Shown here one piece after another: positions 35,964 to 45,091 of a stretch of DNA of 64,000 nucleotides. Under the pieces are notes generated by a model that worked only from the letters and a program-made list of their open reading frames with translations, was not told where the DNA came from and made no database searches. The stretch's first letter is position 1, and each line of letters opens with the position of its first letter. The DNA comes from an uncultured Bacteroides sp. (GTDB lineage Bacteria > Bacillota > Clostridia > Lachnospirales > Lachnospiraceae). Both the position numbers and the translations under genes were made by a program. The stretch lies in contig CAYOOW010000002.1 of the NCBI GenBank assembly GCA_964405715.1, positions 23,597 through 87,596 of the forward strand, given 5' to 3'.

Positions 35964-36926
35964 ATGAGACAAAATAATGCGGTGGAAGAGATTCCGGTAT
36001 ATATGTTTATGGGATTTCTGGAGAGTGGAAAAACAACATTTGCAAATGAAACGCTGATAGAGAGAGGCTTTACAGAGGGGGAGCCAACTCTGCTCCTTGT
36101 ATGTGAGGAGGGTATCGAGGAGTATGATGACGCATATTTGAAAAGCAAAAATATTTTTGTCGAGTATCTTGAGGAGGAAAACCTGAACACGGAGTATCTG
36201 CTTGACCTTCAGGACAGGTATCAGCCTACCAGAGTTATGATTGAATATAACGGAACGTGGAAGATGGAAAAGCTGTTTGGAATCAGAGTACCGAAGGGCT
36301 GGACTGTCGTGCAGGTTATTACCTTTGTTGACGCGGCTACATTTGATGTATATATCAATAATATGAAAGCAATGATGATGGAGCAGCTTTCCACAGCGGA
36401 TATGATTATATTCAACCGTTGTGACGGAAATACGAAGAAAGCGGAATACAGACGAAGTATAAAGGCATTTAACAGAAGGGCGCAGGTCATATTTGAGAAT
36501 AAGGATGGTCTGGCTGAGGTGGATGACGACGAGGTGTTTCTGCCATATGACATAAATAAGCCGGTGATTGAGCTTGAGGATGACGACTTCGGCATGTTCT
36601 ACATTGACGCCTGTGATAATCCTGACAAGTATGTGGGAAAGAAAATTGTATTTAAGGCTATGGTTCATAAGCCTAAGGAATATAAAATCAATGAGTTTGT
36701 GCCGGGCAGATTTGCCATGACCTGTTGTGCGGAGGATATTGCATTTATCGGGTTTAAATGCTACTTTGATGCCGCGAAGCACCTGAGAGACAGACAATGG
36801 GTGACTGTGACGGGAACAATTGATAAGGAATACTATCCTGAATTTGAGGGAGACGGACCGGTTATAAGGGCATTAAAGGTAGAGCCGGCAAAGCCTGCCG
36901 AGGAAGAACTGGTATATTTTAATTAG
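35964..36926 (+). CDS. CobW-like P-loop protein fused to a DUF1980-like C-terminal domain (CC-x-x-D motif)
   Basis: P-loop GFLESGKTT. It lacks the CxCC of canonical CobW. The C-terminus FVPGRFAMTCCAEDIAFIGFKC resembles the TIGR03943/DUF1980 (YcgQ-like) signature, from memory. Confidence 0.8.
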   Translation: MRQNNAVEEIPVYMFMGFLESGKTTFANETLIERGFTEGEPTLLLVCEEGIEEYDDAYLKSKNIFVEYLEEENLNTEYLLDLQDRYQPTRVMIEYNGTWKMEKLFGIRVPKGWTVVQVITFVDAATFDVYINNMKAMMMEQLSTADMIIFNRCDGNTKKAEYRRSIKAFNRRAQVIFENKDGLAEVDDDEVFLPYDINKPVIELEDDDFGMFYIDACDNPDKYVGKKIVFKAMVHKPKEYKINEFVPGRFAMTCCAEDIAFIGFKCYFDAAKHLRDRQWVTVTGTIDKEYYPEFEGDGPVIRALKVEPAKPAEEELVYFN

Positions 36927-37034
36927 AGGCAATGAAAAAAACAAATTCTTTCGAATGCTTCAGAAATCAGGGATATAATATATGGCAGGAGCACTCAGGC
37001 TCAGTATGCTTCAGACCGCTGACGGAGGAAAAGA

Positions 37035-37460
37035 ATGGGCAGAGCAAGCAGTTATGCAACGGAAAAAAGGGCAAAAATATTAGAATATCTGAAGGATCAT
37101 CAGGATGAAGCCGTCAGCGTCAAAGATATAGAGATGTATCTGCAGAGCAGGCAGGTTGCGATTAATGTGACGACGATTTACCGGTATCTGGGCAAACTGG
37201 AGCAGGAGGGGCAGGTGTTGAGGCACACGGCTGAGAATGGAAATACTGCCTCCTTTCAGTATATTAATCCGGAACATGCCTGCCATAGTCATCTGCATAT
37301 GAAATGCAGCGGCTGTGGAAAAATATTTCATATGGACTGCGCCTTTATGGATGAGTTTCAGAGACATATATATGAACATCACCATTTTACGCTGGAATGT
37401 AAAACCTCCATGCTGTACGGTTTATGTGAGAGCTGTCGCAGCGGCAGGGAAATGAAATAG
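37035..37460 (+). CDS. Fur-family metalloregulator (Zur-like by context)
   Basis: Winged helix (VTTIYRYLGKLEQEG), HxH and two CxxC pairs (CSGCG, CESC). Confidence 0.85.
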   Translation: MGRASSYATEKRAKILEYLKDHQDEAVSVKDIEMYLQSRQVAINVTTIYRYLGKLEQEGQVLRHTAENGNTASFQYINPEHACHSHLHMKCSGCGKIFHMDCAFMDEFQRHIYEHHHFTLECKTSMLYGLCESCRSGREMK

Positions 37461-37583
37461 TGTATTCACATTTTCTTGACAAAATCATCAAAATTTTAAC
37501 AAATTTTTTTTTTATGATATGAGAACAATAAGATAAATTGTAACATTATAGTTTTAAAAGTGATGTTGAAAGGAAGATGATAT

Positions 37584-39032
37584 ATGAGCGAATTGAATGA
37601 AAATGATTATAGCAATATGAGTACCAGAGAATATATGAGTTCTATGGCACAAAAGGCATATGAACAGAGTGCATATGCACAGACAGGGTATGCTTACGAG
37701 CAGCCGTGCAGCGGTGCACAGTCATATTACCGTAATGAATCCGGTATGGAGGATTACACCGGTACGCATAAGAAGAAAGCAAAAAATAAAAAGGGTAAAA
37801 GGGGTAAAACGGGTGCGGTATTGAAACGAGGCGTCGCCATTGTGGTAAGCGCAGCGTTGTTTGGCGGGGTTGCCGGAGGCGTATTTAATGCCGTATCCGG
37901 TGACAGAATAGAGGAGCTTAGAGAAGCGGGGACAACGGAAGCTGTGTCTGATGAATTGGAGGAGGCGGCAGAGACGGTTGTCGGAACGGGCGAAGCTGTG
38001 ATTCCTACCGTAAGCGTGGAGTCGGATGGAAATTCAAACGGACAGACCTATGATGTGTCCGATATTGCGAAAAGCGTCATGCCTTCCATCGTTGCAATCA
38101 ATATCAAAACAGTGGAGGAAGTACAGAATTTCTTCGGACAGGTACAGCAGTACGAGGCAGAGGGCTCCGGTTCGGGGATTATTATAGGAGAAAATGATAC
38201 AGAACTCCTGATTGTGACAAATAACCATGTTGTATCAAATGCAGAGAATGTTTCGGTCTGCTTTATCGATAATGAGGTATATGAGGCGAAGGTTAAGAGC
38301 ACGGACAGTGAAAATGATCTTGCGATTGTTGTTGTAGAGCTTAAGGATTTATCTGCTGATACATTAGCGCAGATTAAGGTTGCAAAGCTCGGCAGCTCCG
38401 ATGATTTGGAGGTTGGGGAGCAGGTGGTTGCAATCGGTAATGCGCTTGGCTATGGTCAGTCGGTGACAACCGGAATTGTGAGTGCAAAGGATCGCGAGAC
38501 CGAGATGAATGCTACGCCGTTGATTCAGACAGACGCAGCTATCAATCCCGGGAACAGTGGGGGCGCTCTTCTCAACATGCAGGGTGAAGTGATTGGTATA
38601 AATTCATCCAAATATTCATCTACCGATGTGGAGGGTATGTGCTATGCAATTCCGATTTCGGCCGTGGAGGATGTATTGAATGAGCTTATAAACAGGGAGA
38701 CAAGAGAAAAGGTTGACGAGGAACATAGGGGTTACCTCGGAATATCCTGCGGAACTGTTTCCGAGGAAGCCTCCGAGATGTACGGGATCCCGGTCGGTGT
38801 ATTGATATCCGAGGTATTTGAGGACTCCGGAGCTGAGGAAGCGGGACTTAAAAAGAACTATATCATCACAAAATTTGACGGTCAGACAGTAGAGTCAGCC
38901 GAGACTTTAACTGCTCTTTTGGAATATTATGCGGTTGGCGAAAAGGTTGAGGTAACATATATGGTATTATCTGATGACGAGTATGTGGAGAAAACTGCAA
39001 TCGTGACGCTCGGTAAAAAACTCACACAATAG
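37584..39032 (+). CDS. HtrA/DegP-family serine protease with N-terminal TM anchor and C-terminal PDZ domain
   Basis: Catalytic triad contexts TNNHV, DLAIV, GNSGGALLN; PDZ-like GVLISEV...AGLKKNYIITKFDG. Confidence 0.93.
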   Translation: MSELNENDYSNMSTREYMSSMAQKAYEQSAYAQTGYAYEQPCSGAQSYYRNESGMEDYTGTHKKKAKNKKGKRGKTGAVLKRGVAIVVSAALFGGVAGGVFNAVSGDRIEELREAGTTEAVSDELEEAAETVVGTGEAVIPTVSVESDGNSNGQTYDVSDIAKSVMPSIVAINIKTVEEVQNFFGQVQQYEAEGSGSGIIIGENDTELLIVTNNHVVSNAENVSVCFIDNEVYEAKVKSTDSENDLAIVVVELKDLSADTLAQIKVAKLGSSDDLEVGEQVVAIGNALGYGQSVTTGIVSAKDRETEMNATPLIQTDAAINPGNSGGALLNMQGEVIGINSSKYSSTDVEGMCYAIPISAVEDVLNELINRETREKVDEEHRGYLGISCGTVSEEASEMYGIPVGVLISEVFEDSGAEEAGLKKNYIITKFDGQTVESAETLTALLEYYAVGEKVEVTYMVLSDDEYVEKTAIVTLGKKLTQ

Positions 39033-39053
39033 AAAATAAAATGCATATCATAG

Positions 39054-39095
39054 AAAACCCGCTTGCGCTCGGCTGCCCACGCAAGCGGGTTTTTA
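39054..39095. terminator. Bidirectional intrinsic terminator (AAAACCCGCTTGCG / CGCAAGCGGGTTTT, 12-nt loop) between convergent genes
   Basis: 14-bp stem with an A-tract on one side and a T-tract on the other, read directly. Confidence 0.7.
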
Positions 39096-39130
39096 TGCAT
39101 CATACATATATACATGCCATATTGTCTTAT
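39084..39130. repeat. Copy of the dispersed intergenic repeat (AGCGGGTTTTTATGCATCATACATATATACATGCCATATTGTCTTAT)
   Basis: 25/27 identity with 14420-14446; a 19-mer is identical to 108-126. Confidence 0.75.
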
Positions 39131-39163
39131 CTGTTACAGTCCTGTCGTTTATTTAAAATTATA

Positions 39164-42100
39164 TTACTGTGTAGCGTCGCTTTCCATATTTTTGCGTGCC
39201 GTGGCAAGCATCAGCTTGATACGGTTTACCTGATTTACCTCTGATGCCCCCGGATCATAGTCTATGGCGACGATGTTTGCCTCAGGGTATGCCCTGCGCA
39301 GGGACTTGATAACACCCTTTCCCACGATATGATTTGGCAGACATGCAAAAGGCTGGCAGCATACGATATTGCCCGCGCCGCTCTTGATAAGCTCTACCAT
39401 TTCTCCGGTTAAAAACCAGCCCTCACCGGTCTGGTTACCGATGGATACAATCGGTTTCGCATATTCAGCCAAATGCGAGATGTGTACAGGCGGTTCAAAA
39501 CGCTTGCTTTTTTTCAGTGCCCGGGTTACCGGATATCTTAAAGCCTCGAGTGCAGCGATGCCGAGGTTGGAATTTCTGGCACTCTTTTTGGATTTTCCAA
39601 GGTATTCATATTTGTAATTATTATTATAGAAGCAATATTGGAAGAAGTCGAGCAGGTCAGGCATGACAGCTTCGGCTCCCTCGGATTCAAGCAGCTCTAC
39701 GAGGTGATTGTTGGCGGAGGGAAGGAATTTTACCAGAATCTCTCCGACAATACCGACTCTCGGTTTTTTTACATCCTCACGCAGTGGGATATTATCGAAA
39801 TCCTTTACAATGCTGTTGACGAGATGGGTGAATCCGCGCCCGCCGTTTTCCATACAGCGTATGCAGGCGTGCTCCCATTTTTTATGAAGCTTGTTTACAG
39901 AACCCGGAATCTTCTCGTATGGTCTGGTTCTGTATACGACACGCATGAACAGGTCTCCGAGCGCAAGCGCCTGCATTGCACATTTGATGGTTTTCAAATT
40001 AAACTGAAAGCCGGAATTTTTCTCAAAGCCCTGAACGCTCAGCGCGATAACAGGTATCTGCGGATAACCTGCCTTTGTCAGTGCGCGGCGTATAAATCCT
40101 ACATAGTTGGTTGCACGGCAGCCGCCGCCGGTCTGTGTCATAATAAGCGCCAGCTTATTTAAATCATACTTGCCTGAATTAATGGCGTACATCATCTGTC
40201 CGACCACAATCAGAGAAGGGTAGCAGGCATCATTGTTTACATATTTTAATCCGGTATCAATAACCTCTTTTGTGGCATCCGGCAGCATGACAAAGTTCAG
40301 TCCCATGTGGCGCATTGCAGGCTCTAAAATGCTGAAATGAATCGGCGACATCTGCGGAACCAGAACGGTATAATCCTTCATATCAGCAGTAAATTCTACA
40401 CGGTCAATGCTGCTCGGGGCAGGACATGGTGTAAAATTGTGCTTACGGCGTACATTTACTGCACTGATCAGGGAACGGATTCGGATACGGGCTGCACCCA
40501 GATTACTTACCTCGTCAATCTTGAGCACCGTATATATCTTACCTGAATTTGTCAGGATATCATTTACACAGTCGGTTGTCACGGCGTCCAGACCGCATCC
40601 GAAGGAGTTGAGCTGTATCAGCTCCAAATTCCTGCTGCTCTTGACATAGTTTGCAGCCCTGTACAGACGGGAATGATACATCCACTGGTCTGATACGATG
40701 AGAGGACGCTCAACATTTGCGAGATGTGATACGGAATCCTCGGTCAATACGGCAATATCAAATGAGTTAATAAGCTCCGGCAGGCCGTGATTGATTTCAG
40801 GATCCAGATGATATGGACGTCCCGCCAGCACGATGCCGAGTTTATCGTTTTCATTCAGATACTGAATGACCTCCTCACCCTTTTTCTCTATATCAGCTTT
40901 CACGGCGTCGGCCTCGCTATATGCAGCCTCAACCGCCATGGAAATTTCCACTGCAGTCACATCTGTATATTTGCTGAATTCACGCAGCAGACGGTCCTTT
41001 AGCGCATCCTTGTTGTCGAGTGCAAGGAAAGGACGGATATAGGTGATATCGGGTGCAGAGATTTCTTCCATGTTGTTTTTTATATTTTCCGCATAGGATG
41101 TTACAATCGGACAGTTGTAATGGTTGTTGGCATCCGGTGTTTCATTCCGCTCATAAGGAATACAAGGATAGAAAATGGTTTTGATTCCCTGTTTTAAAAG
41201 CCACATAACATGTCCGTGGGATATTTTTGCCGGATAGCATTCGGATTCACTTGGTATGGATTCGATACCCAGCGTATAAATATCTCTTGATGACTTTGGT
41301 GAGAGCAGAACACGGTATCCGAGCTTTGTCAGGAAGGTATGCCAGAACGGATAGTTCTCGTACATATTCAGAACTCTCGGTACACCGATTACACCTCGTT
41401 TTGCCTCAGCCTCAGGCAACGGTTCATAATCAAAAAGACGATTGAATTTGTATTCAAATAAATTCGGCACATTGTGCTGATTCTTCTTTAAGCCAAGTCC
41501 CTTTTCGCAGCGATTTCCCGAGATAAACTGTCTGCCGCCCGAAAATTTGTTGATTGTAAGGAGACAATTGTTGGTACAGCCTTTGCAGCGCGCCATGCGC
41601 GTCTCGTAGGTGAGGGTTTCAAGCGCCTTTCTGTCAAGCATGTGAGTTTCCTGTCCCTCCTGATAACGCTCCTTTGCAATCAGAGCGGCACCGAAAGCAC
41701 CCATAATACCGGCAATATCCGGACGGATTGCCTCACGGCCTGAGATAAGCTCAAAGCTTCGCAGCACGGCGTCATTATAGAAAGTACCGCCCTGCACGAC
41801 AATTGTTTTGCCGAGGGACTTCGGATCGGTCAGCTTGATTACTTTGAGCAAAGCATTTTTAATAACCGAATAGGCAAGTCCGGCGGAGATATCCGCAACG
41901 GATGCGCCTTCCTTCTGTGCCTGCTTTACCTTGGAATTCATGAACACGGTACATCTTGAACCGAGATCAATCGGACTTTCGGCAAACAGTGCAATTTTTG
42001 CAAAGTCCTTGATTTCATAGTTCAGGGATTTTGCAAATGTTTCTATAAAAGAGCCGCAGCCGGACGAGCATGCCTCATTCAGCATGACATTGTCCACAAC

Positions 42101-43390
42101 CTCGTTTTTAATTTTGATACATTTCATATCCTGACCGCCGATATCCAGGATACAGTCAACGTCAGGATCAAAAAATGCAGCTGCGGTATAATGCGCAATG
42201 GTCTCAACCTCACCGTGGTCAAGCATAAGCGCCGATTTGATAAGCGCCTCGCCGTAACCGGTGGAGCAGCCGGAAGCAATCGTAACATCCTCCGGCAGAT
42301 GTTCATATATATCCTTCATGGCACGCAGGGTTGTCTTGAGCGGACTGCCGTTGTTGCTGCTGTAGAAGTCATAGAGCAGAGAACCGTCCTCGCCTACAAG
42401 GGCAACCTTGGTTGTGGTTGAGCCTGCGTCAACACCGAGATAGCATCTTCCGCGGTAGGATGCCAGATCGCCGCGTTTTACTTTATATTTGGATTGTTTT
42501 TCTATAAATGCGTCATATTCCTCGTGTGATGCAAAAAGAGGAGGCAGACGGTCAACGTCAACTGCAATCTTTAAATCGTCCGTCAGTTTTCCGCTGATTG
42601 TCTCAAGGCTGTATGTAACATCCTCCTTTGCCTGAAGTGCGGCGCCGACTGCCGCAAAAAGATGGGAATGCTCCGGTGCGATAATATGCTCGTCCGTAAG
42701 ATTCAGTGTGCGGATAAATGCCTCGCGGAGCTGGTCCAAAAAGTGAAGCGGACCGCCCAGAAAAGCGACATTGCCCTTAATTGGCTTGCCGCAGGCAAGA
42801 CCGCTTATGGTCTGGTTTACTACAGCCTGAAAGATGGATGCAGCCAGATTCGGCTTTGTGGCACCTTCGTTAATCAGCGGCTGAATGTCCGTTTTGGCAA
42901 ATACGCCGCAGCGGGCGGCAATCGGATATATGGTATCATAATCCTTTGCATATTCGTTTAAGCCTGACGCGTCAGTTTGAAGCAGGGTTGCCATCTGGTC
43001 AATAAAAGAGCCTGTCCCTCCTGCACAAACGCCATTCATACGCTGTTCCACACCGTTTGTAAAATAAATGATTTTTGCGTCCTCACCGCCGAGCTCAATT
43101 GCAACATCAGTCCGGGGTGCATAGTCAGTCAGTGCTTCGGATACACAGATAACCTCCTGCTCAAACGGGATATGAATCACTTCGGCTAAAGCAAGTCCGC
43201 CTGAGCCTGTGATGGTAGGGGCAACGTCTATATTGCCGAGTTTTTCTTTCGCGTGCTCAACCAGCTCTTTCAAGGTTTCCTTGATATTTGCAAAATGACG
43301 CTTGTATTCGGAAAAAAGAATCCTGTGACTTTCGTCGATTACAGCGACCTTGACTGTGGTTGAGCCGATATCTATTCCTAATCGTTTCAT
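39164..43390 (-). CDS. Giant fusion: two BcrAD/BadFG-type activase ATPase domains plus a 2-hydroxyacyl-CoA-dehydratase (HgdB/D)-like C-terminal half
   Basis: Two actin-fold ATPase starts ([31 protein letters not shown]) with [10 protein letters not shown] / [10 protein letters not shown]. The C-terminal Cys-containing dehydratase-like region matches the YjiL/YjiM-type arrangement. The start is uncertain (43390, 43417 or 43438). Confidence 0.9.
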   Translation of the reverse strand: MKRLGIDIGSTTVKVAVIDESHRILFSEYKRHFANIKETLKELVEHAKEKLGNIDVAPTITGSGGLALAEVIHIPFEQEVICVSEALTDYAPRTDVAIELGGEDAKIIYFTNGVEQRMNGVCAGGTGSFIDQMATLLQTDASGLNEYAKDYDTIYPIAARCGVFAKTDIQPLINEGATKPNLAASIFQAVVNQTISGLACGKPIKGNVAFLGGPLHFLDQLREAFIRTLNLTDEHIIAPEHSHLFAAVGAALQAKEDVTYSLETISGKLTDDLKIAVDVDRLPPLFASHEEYDAFIEKQSKYKVKRGDLASYRGRCYLGVDAGSTTTKVALVGEDGSLLYDFYSSNNGSPLKTTLRAMKDIYEHLPEDVTIASGCSTGYGEALIKSALMLDHGEVETIAHYTAAAFFDPDVDCILDIGGQDMKCIKIKNEVVDNVMLNEACSSGCGSFIETFAKSLNYEIKDFAKIALFAESPIDLGSRCTVFMNSKVKQAQKEGASVADISAGLAYSVIKNALLKVIKLTDPKSLGKTIVVQGGTFYNDAVLRSFELISGREAIRPDIAGIMGAFGAALIAKERYQEGQETHMLDRKALETLTYETRMARCKGCTNNCLLTINKFSGGRQFISGNRCEKGLGLKKNQHNVPNLFEYKFNRLFDYEPLPEAEAKRGVIGVPRVLNMYENYPFWHTFLTKLGYRVLLSPKSSRDIYTLGIESIPSESECYPAKISHGHVMWLLKQGIKTIFYPCIPYERNETPDANNHYNCPIVTSYAENIKNNMEEISAPDITYIRPFLALDNKDALKDRLLREFSKYTDVTAVEISMAVEAAYSEADAVKADIEKKGEEVIQYLNENDKLGIVLAGRPYHLDPEINHGLPELINSFDIAVLTEDSVSHLANVERPLIVSDQWMYHSRLYRAANYVKSSRNLELIQLNSFGCGLDAVTTDCVNDILTNSGKIYTVLKIDEVSNLGAARIRIRSLISAVNVRRKHNFTPCPAPSSIDRVEFTADMKDYTVLVPQMSPIHFSILEPAMRHMGLNFVMLPDATKEVIDTGLKYVNNDACYPSLIVVGQMMYAINSGKYDLNKLALIMTQTGGGCRATNYVGFIRRALTKAGYPQIPVIALSVQGFEKNSGFQFNLKTIKCAMQALALGDLFMRVVYRTRPYEKIPGSVNKLHKKWEHACIRCMENGGRGFTHLVNSIVKDFDNIPLREDVKKPRVGIVGEILVKFLPSANNHLVELLESEGAEAVMPDLLDFFQYCFYNNNYKYEYLGKSKKSARNSNLGIAALEALRYPVTRALKKSKRFEPPVHISHLAEYAKPIVSIGNQTGEGWFLTGEMVELIKSGAGNIVCCQPFACLPNHIVGKGVIKSLRRAYPEANIVAIDYDPGASEVNQVNRIKLMLATARKNMESDATQ

Positions 43391-43551
43391 ATGTGTATAA
43401 TATATGGCCTGTGCCATACCTCCTTTATTAAAATGCATGATTCGACATAGTCATTATAATGGAAAGAGAAAGGTATTTCAACAGTTAATCGACTGAACTT
43501 TCTGCCACATTTTCCATAAATCAGCATATAATAATGAAAAAGGGGAAAAAT

Positions 43552-43896
43552 ATGGAACAGGAATGTAAGGGTACCGTGCATCGGGTTGTAGCCGGAGACA
43601 CATTATATAAGCTGTCCAAGATGTATGGTGTAAGACTGATTGATATTCTGAAGGAAAATCCATATGTGAATGTGTATAATCTGCAGGTTGGAGATGAGAT
43701 ATGTATTCCGACAGAGGTTTATGAGGAAGAGGAACGCAGATATTATACCGCAAAGGTAGGAGAAACCCTGGGAACTCTTATCCGGGAGCTCAACACAGAT
43801 ATCGAAAGCCTGATGCAGTATAACCGTGAGCTGTATGACATCAGGGTGCCGTTGGGAACAATTATCCGCATACCGCCGGAAAACGGCAGACGATAA
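43552..43896 (+). CDS. LysM-domain protein (one clear and one degenerate LysM)
   Basis: HRVVAGDTLYKLSKMYGVRLIDILKENPYVNVYNLQVGDEICIP; second motif YYTAKVGETLGTLIREL...IRIP. ATG 43552 has RBS AAGGGG (43534 is an alternative). Confidence 0.8.
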   Translation: MEQECKGTVHRVVAGDTLYKLSKMYGVRLIDILKENPYVNVYNLQVGDEICIPTEVYEEEERRYYTAKVGETLGTLIRELNTDIESLMQYNRELYDIRVPLGTIIRIPPENGRR

Positions 43897-44103
43897 AAGG
43901 GTGGTTCGTGTGATGTATTTTCACAGATAGATTTTGGTTGTGTTTTGTTGGGCAATACGATATAATTAGATAGATTTGGTTGCTGTGTACCGATGTGTTT
44001 TCAGCGGGATGACTGTTTTATGTAAGATGGTATTCGTCAGCTGACGGTGTGGTATTTTCACGTAAAAATGCATTGGTACATGGCAAAATTCAGACAAGTA
44101 AGG

Positions 44104-45024
44104 ATGATGAGCTTGAAATTTATTGCGAAAATGGAACGTAAATTTGGCAAATATGCGATTAAGAATCTGCCGTTTTTTCTGATTCTGTGTTTTGGCATCA
44201 GCTACCTGATTGCAGGGTTTGCACCGGAAATCACAATGAAGCTTTCTTTTGCACCGGCAGATATTATTGTGGGACATGAATATTGGCGCTTATTTACATG
44301 GGTTTTAACACCTCCGGGTGATTTCAATTTTCTATCGCTGCTTATGCTGTTCTTTTATTACAGCTTTGCGGTATCAATAGAACGCGGAATCGGAACATTT
44401 ATGTTTAACGTCTATATTTTCGGCGGCTGGTTTGTGAATACGATAGCCTGTCTGGCGGTCAGTTTATTTTATTATTTCCGGATTGGAGATGCAAGTATAT
44501 TTTATCTGTTTGCACTCGGAAATGATGGTATGTCAATGATGCAGCTTATGCAGTACAGCCTGTTCCTCGGCTTTGCGCTGATTTATTCGGAGTCGGTTGT
44601 CATGCTGTATTTTGTGCTTCCGCTTAAGGCAAGCTGGATTGCGTATATTGATATGATATTCCTCGCGTATATGTTTGTAAATACATCCAATGTGCTGACT
44701 AGAACCTCAATTATTGCATATCTCATAAACTTCTTTATATTATATCTGATTATGCGCAGCTATGGTAAAAAATACAGACCGACGGCAGCGCAGATGAAGA
44801 GGCGGAGAGCATATCAGCGTCAGGTAAATCAGGGCCGGCATGCAAGGCAGCAGGGTGCGAAGGGGGACGAGCGTATTCCTGCGGGTATAACCAGACATAA
44901 GTGTGCAATCTGCGGCAGAAGCGAGGAGGATGATCCGAATCTGGAATTCAGATTCTGCTCCAAGTGCAAAGGGAATTATGAGTACTGTAATGAGCATCTG
45001 TATTCGCATGAGCATGTAAAATAA
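44104..45024 (+). CDS. Multi-pass membrane protein, rhomboid-like N-terminal motif, with a C-terminal Cys/His zinc ribbon
   Basis: HEYWRLFTWVLTPPG followed by about 6 hydrophobic helices. I saw no GxSG catalytic motif. The tail reads CAICGRS...CSKCKGNYEYCNEHLYSHEH. The start is uncertain by about 60 nt. Confidence 0.7.
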   Translation: MMSLKFIAKMERKFGKYAIKNLPFFLILCFGISYLIAGFAPEITMKLSFAPADIIVGHEYWRLFTWVLTPPGDFNFLSLLMLFFYYSFAVSIERGIGTFMFNVYIFGGWFVNTIACLAVSLFYYFRIGDASIFYLFALGNDGMSMMQLMQYSLFLGFALIYSESVVMLYFVLPLKASWIAYIDMIFLAYMFVNTSNVLTRTSIIAYLINFFILYLIMRSYGKKYRPTAAQMKRRRAYQRQVNQGRHARQQGAKGDERIPAGITRHKCAICGRSEEDDPNLEFRFCSKCKGNYEYCNEHLYSHEHVK

Positions 45025-45047
45025 AAGAATGCCGGGTGATATATAAA

Positions 45048-45077
45048 AGAGAAATATATGACAGAGAAATATATGAC
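45048..45077 (+). repeat. Perfect tandem duplication of the 15-mer AGAGAAATATATGAC
   Basis: Read directly, immediately upstream of the RBS of CDS 45092. Confidence 0.85.
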
Positions 45078-45091
45078 AGGAGAATACACAC

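Noticed and set aside
37476-37520. Sigma-A promoter for the htrA-like gene (TTGACA at 37476-37481).
   Set aside because: No acceptable -10 hexamer lies 16-18 nt downstream. TATGAT is 31 nt away, so the promoter cannot be supported.
44035-44046. Perfect 12-bp palindrome CGTCAGCTGACG upstream of the rhomboid-like gene.
   Set aside because: It is an isolated short palindrome containing a PvuII-type site, with no second copy in the window and no adjacent regulator. It could be chance.
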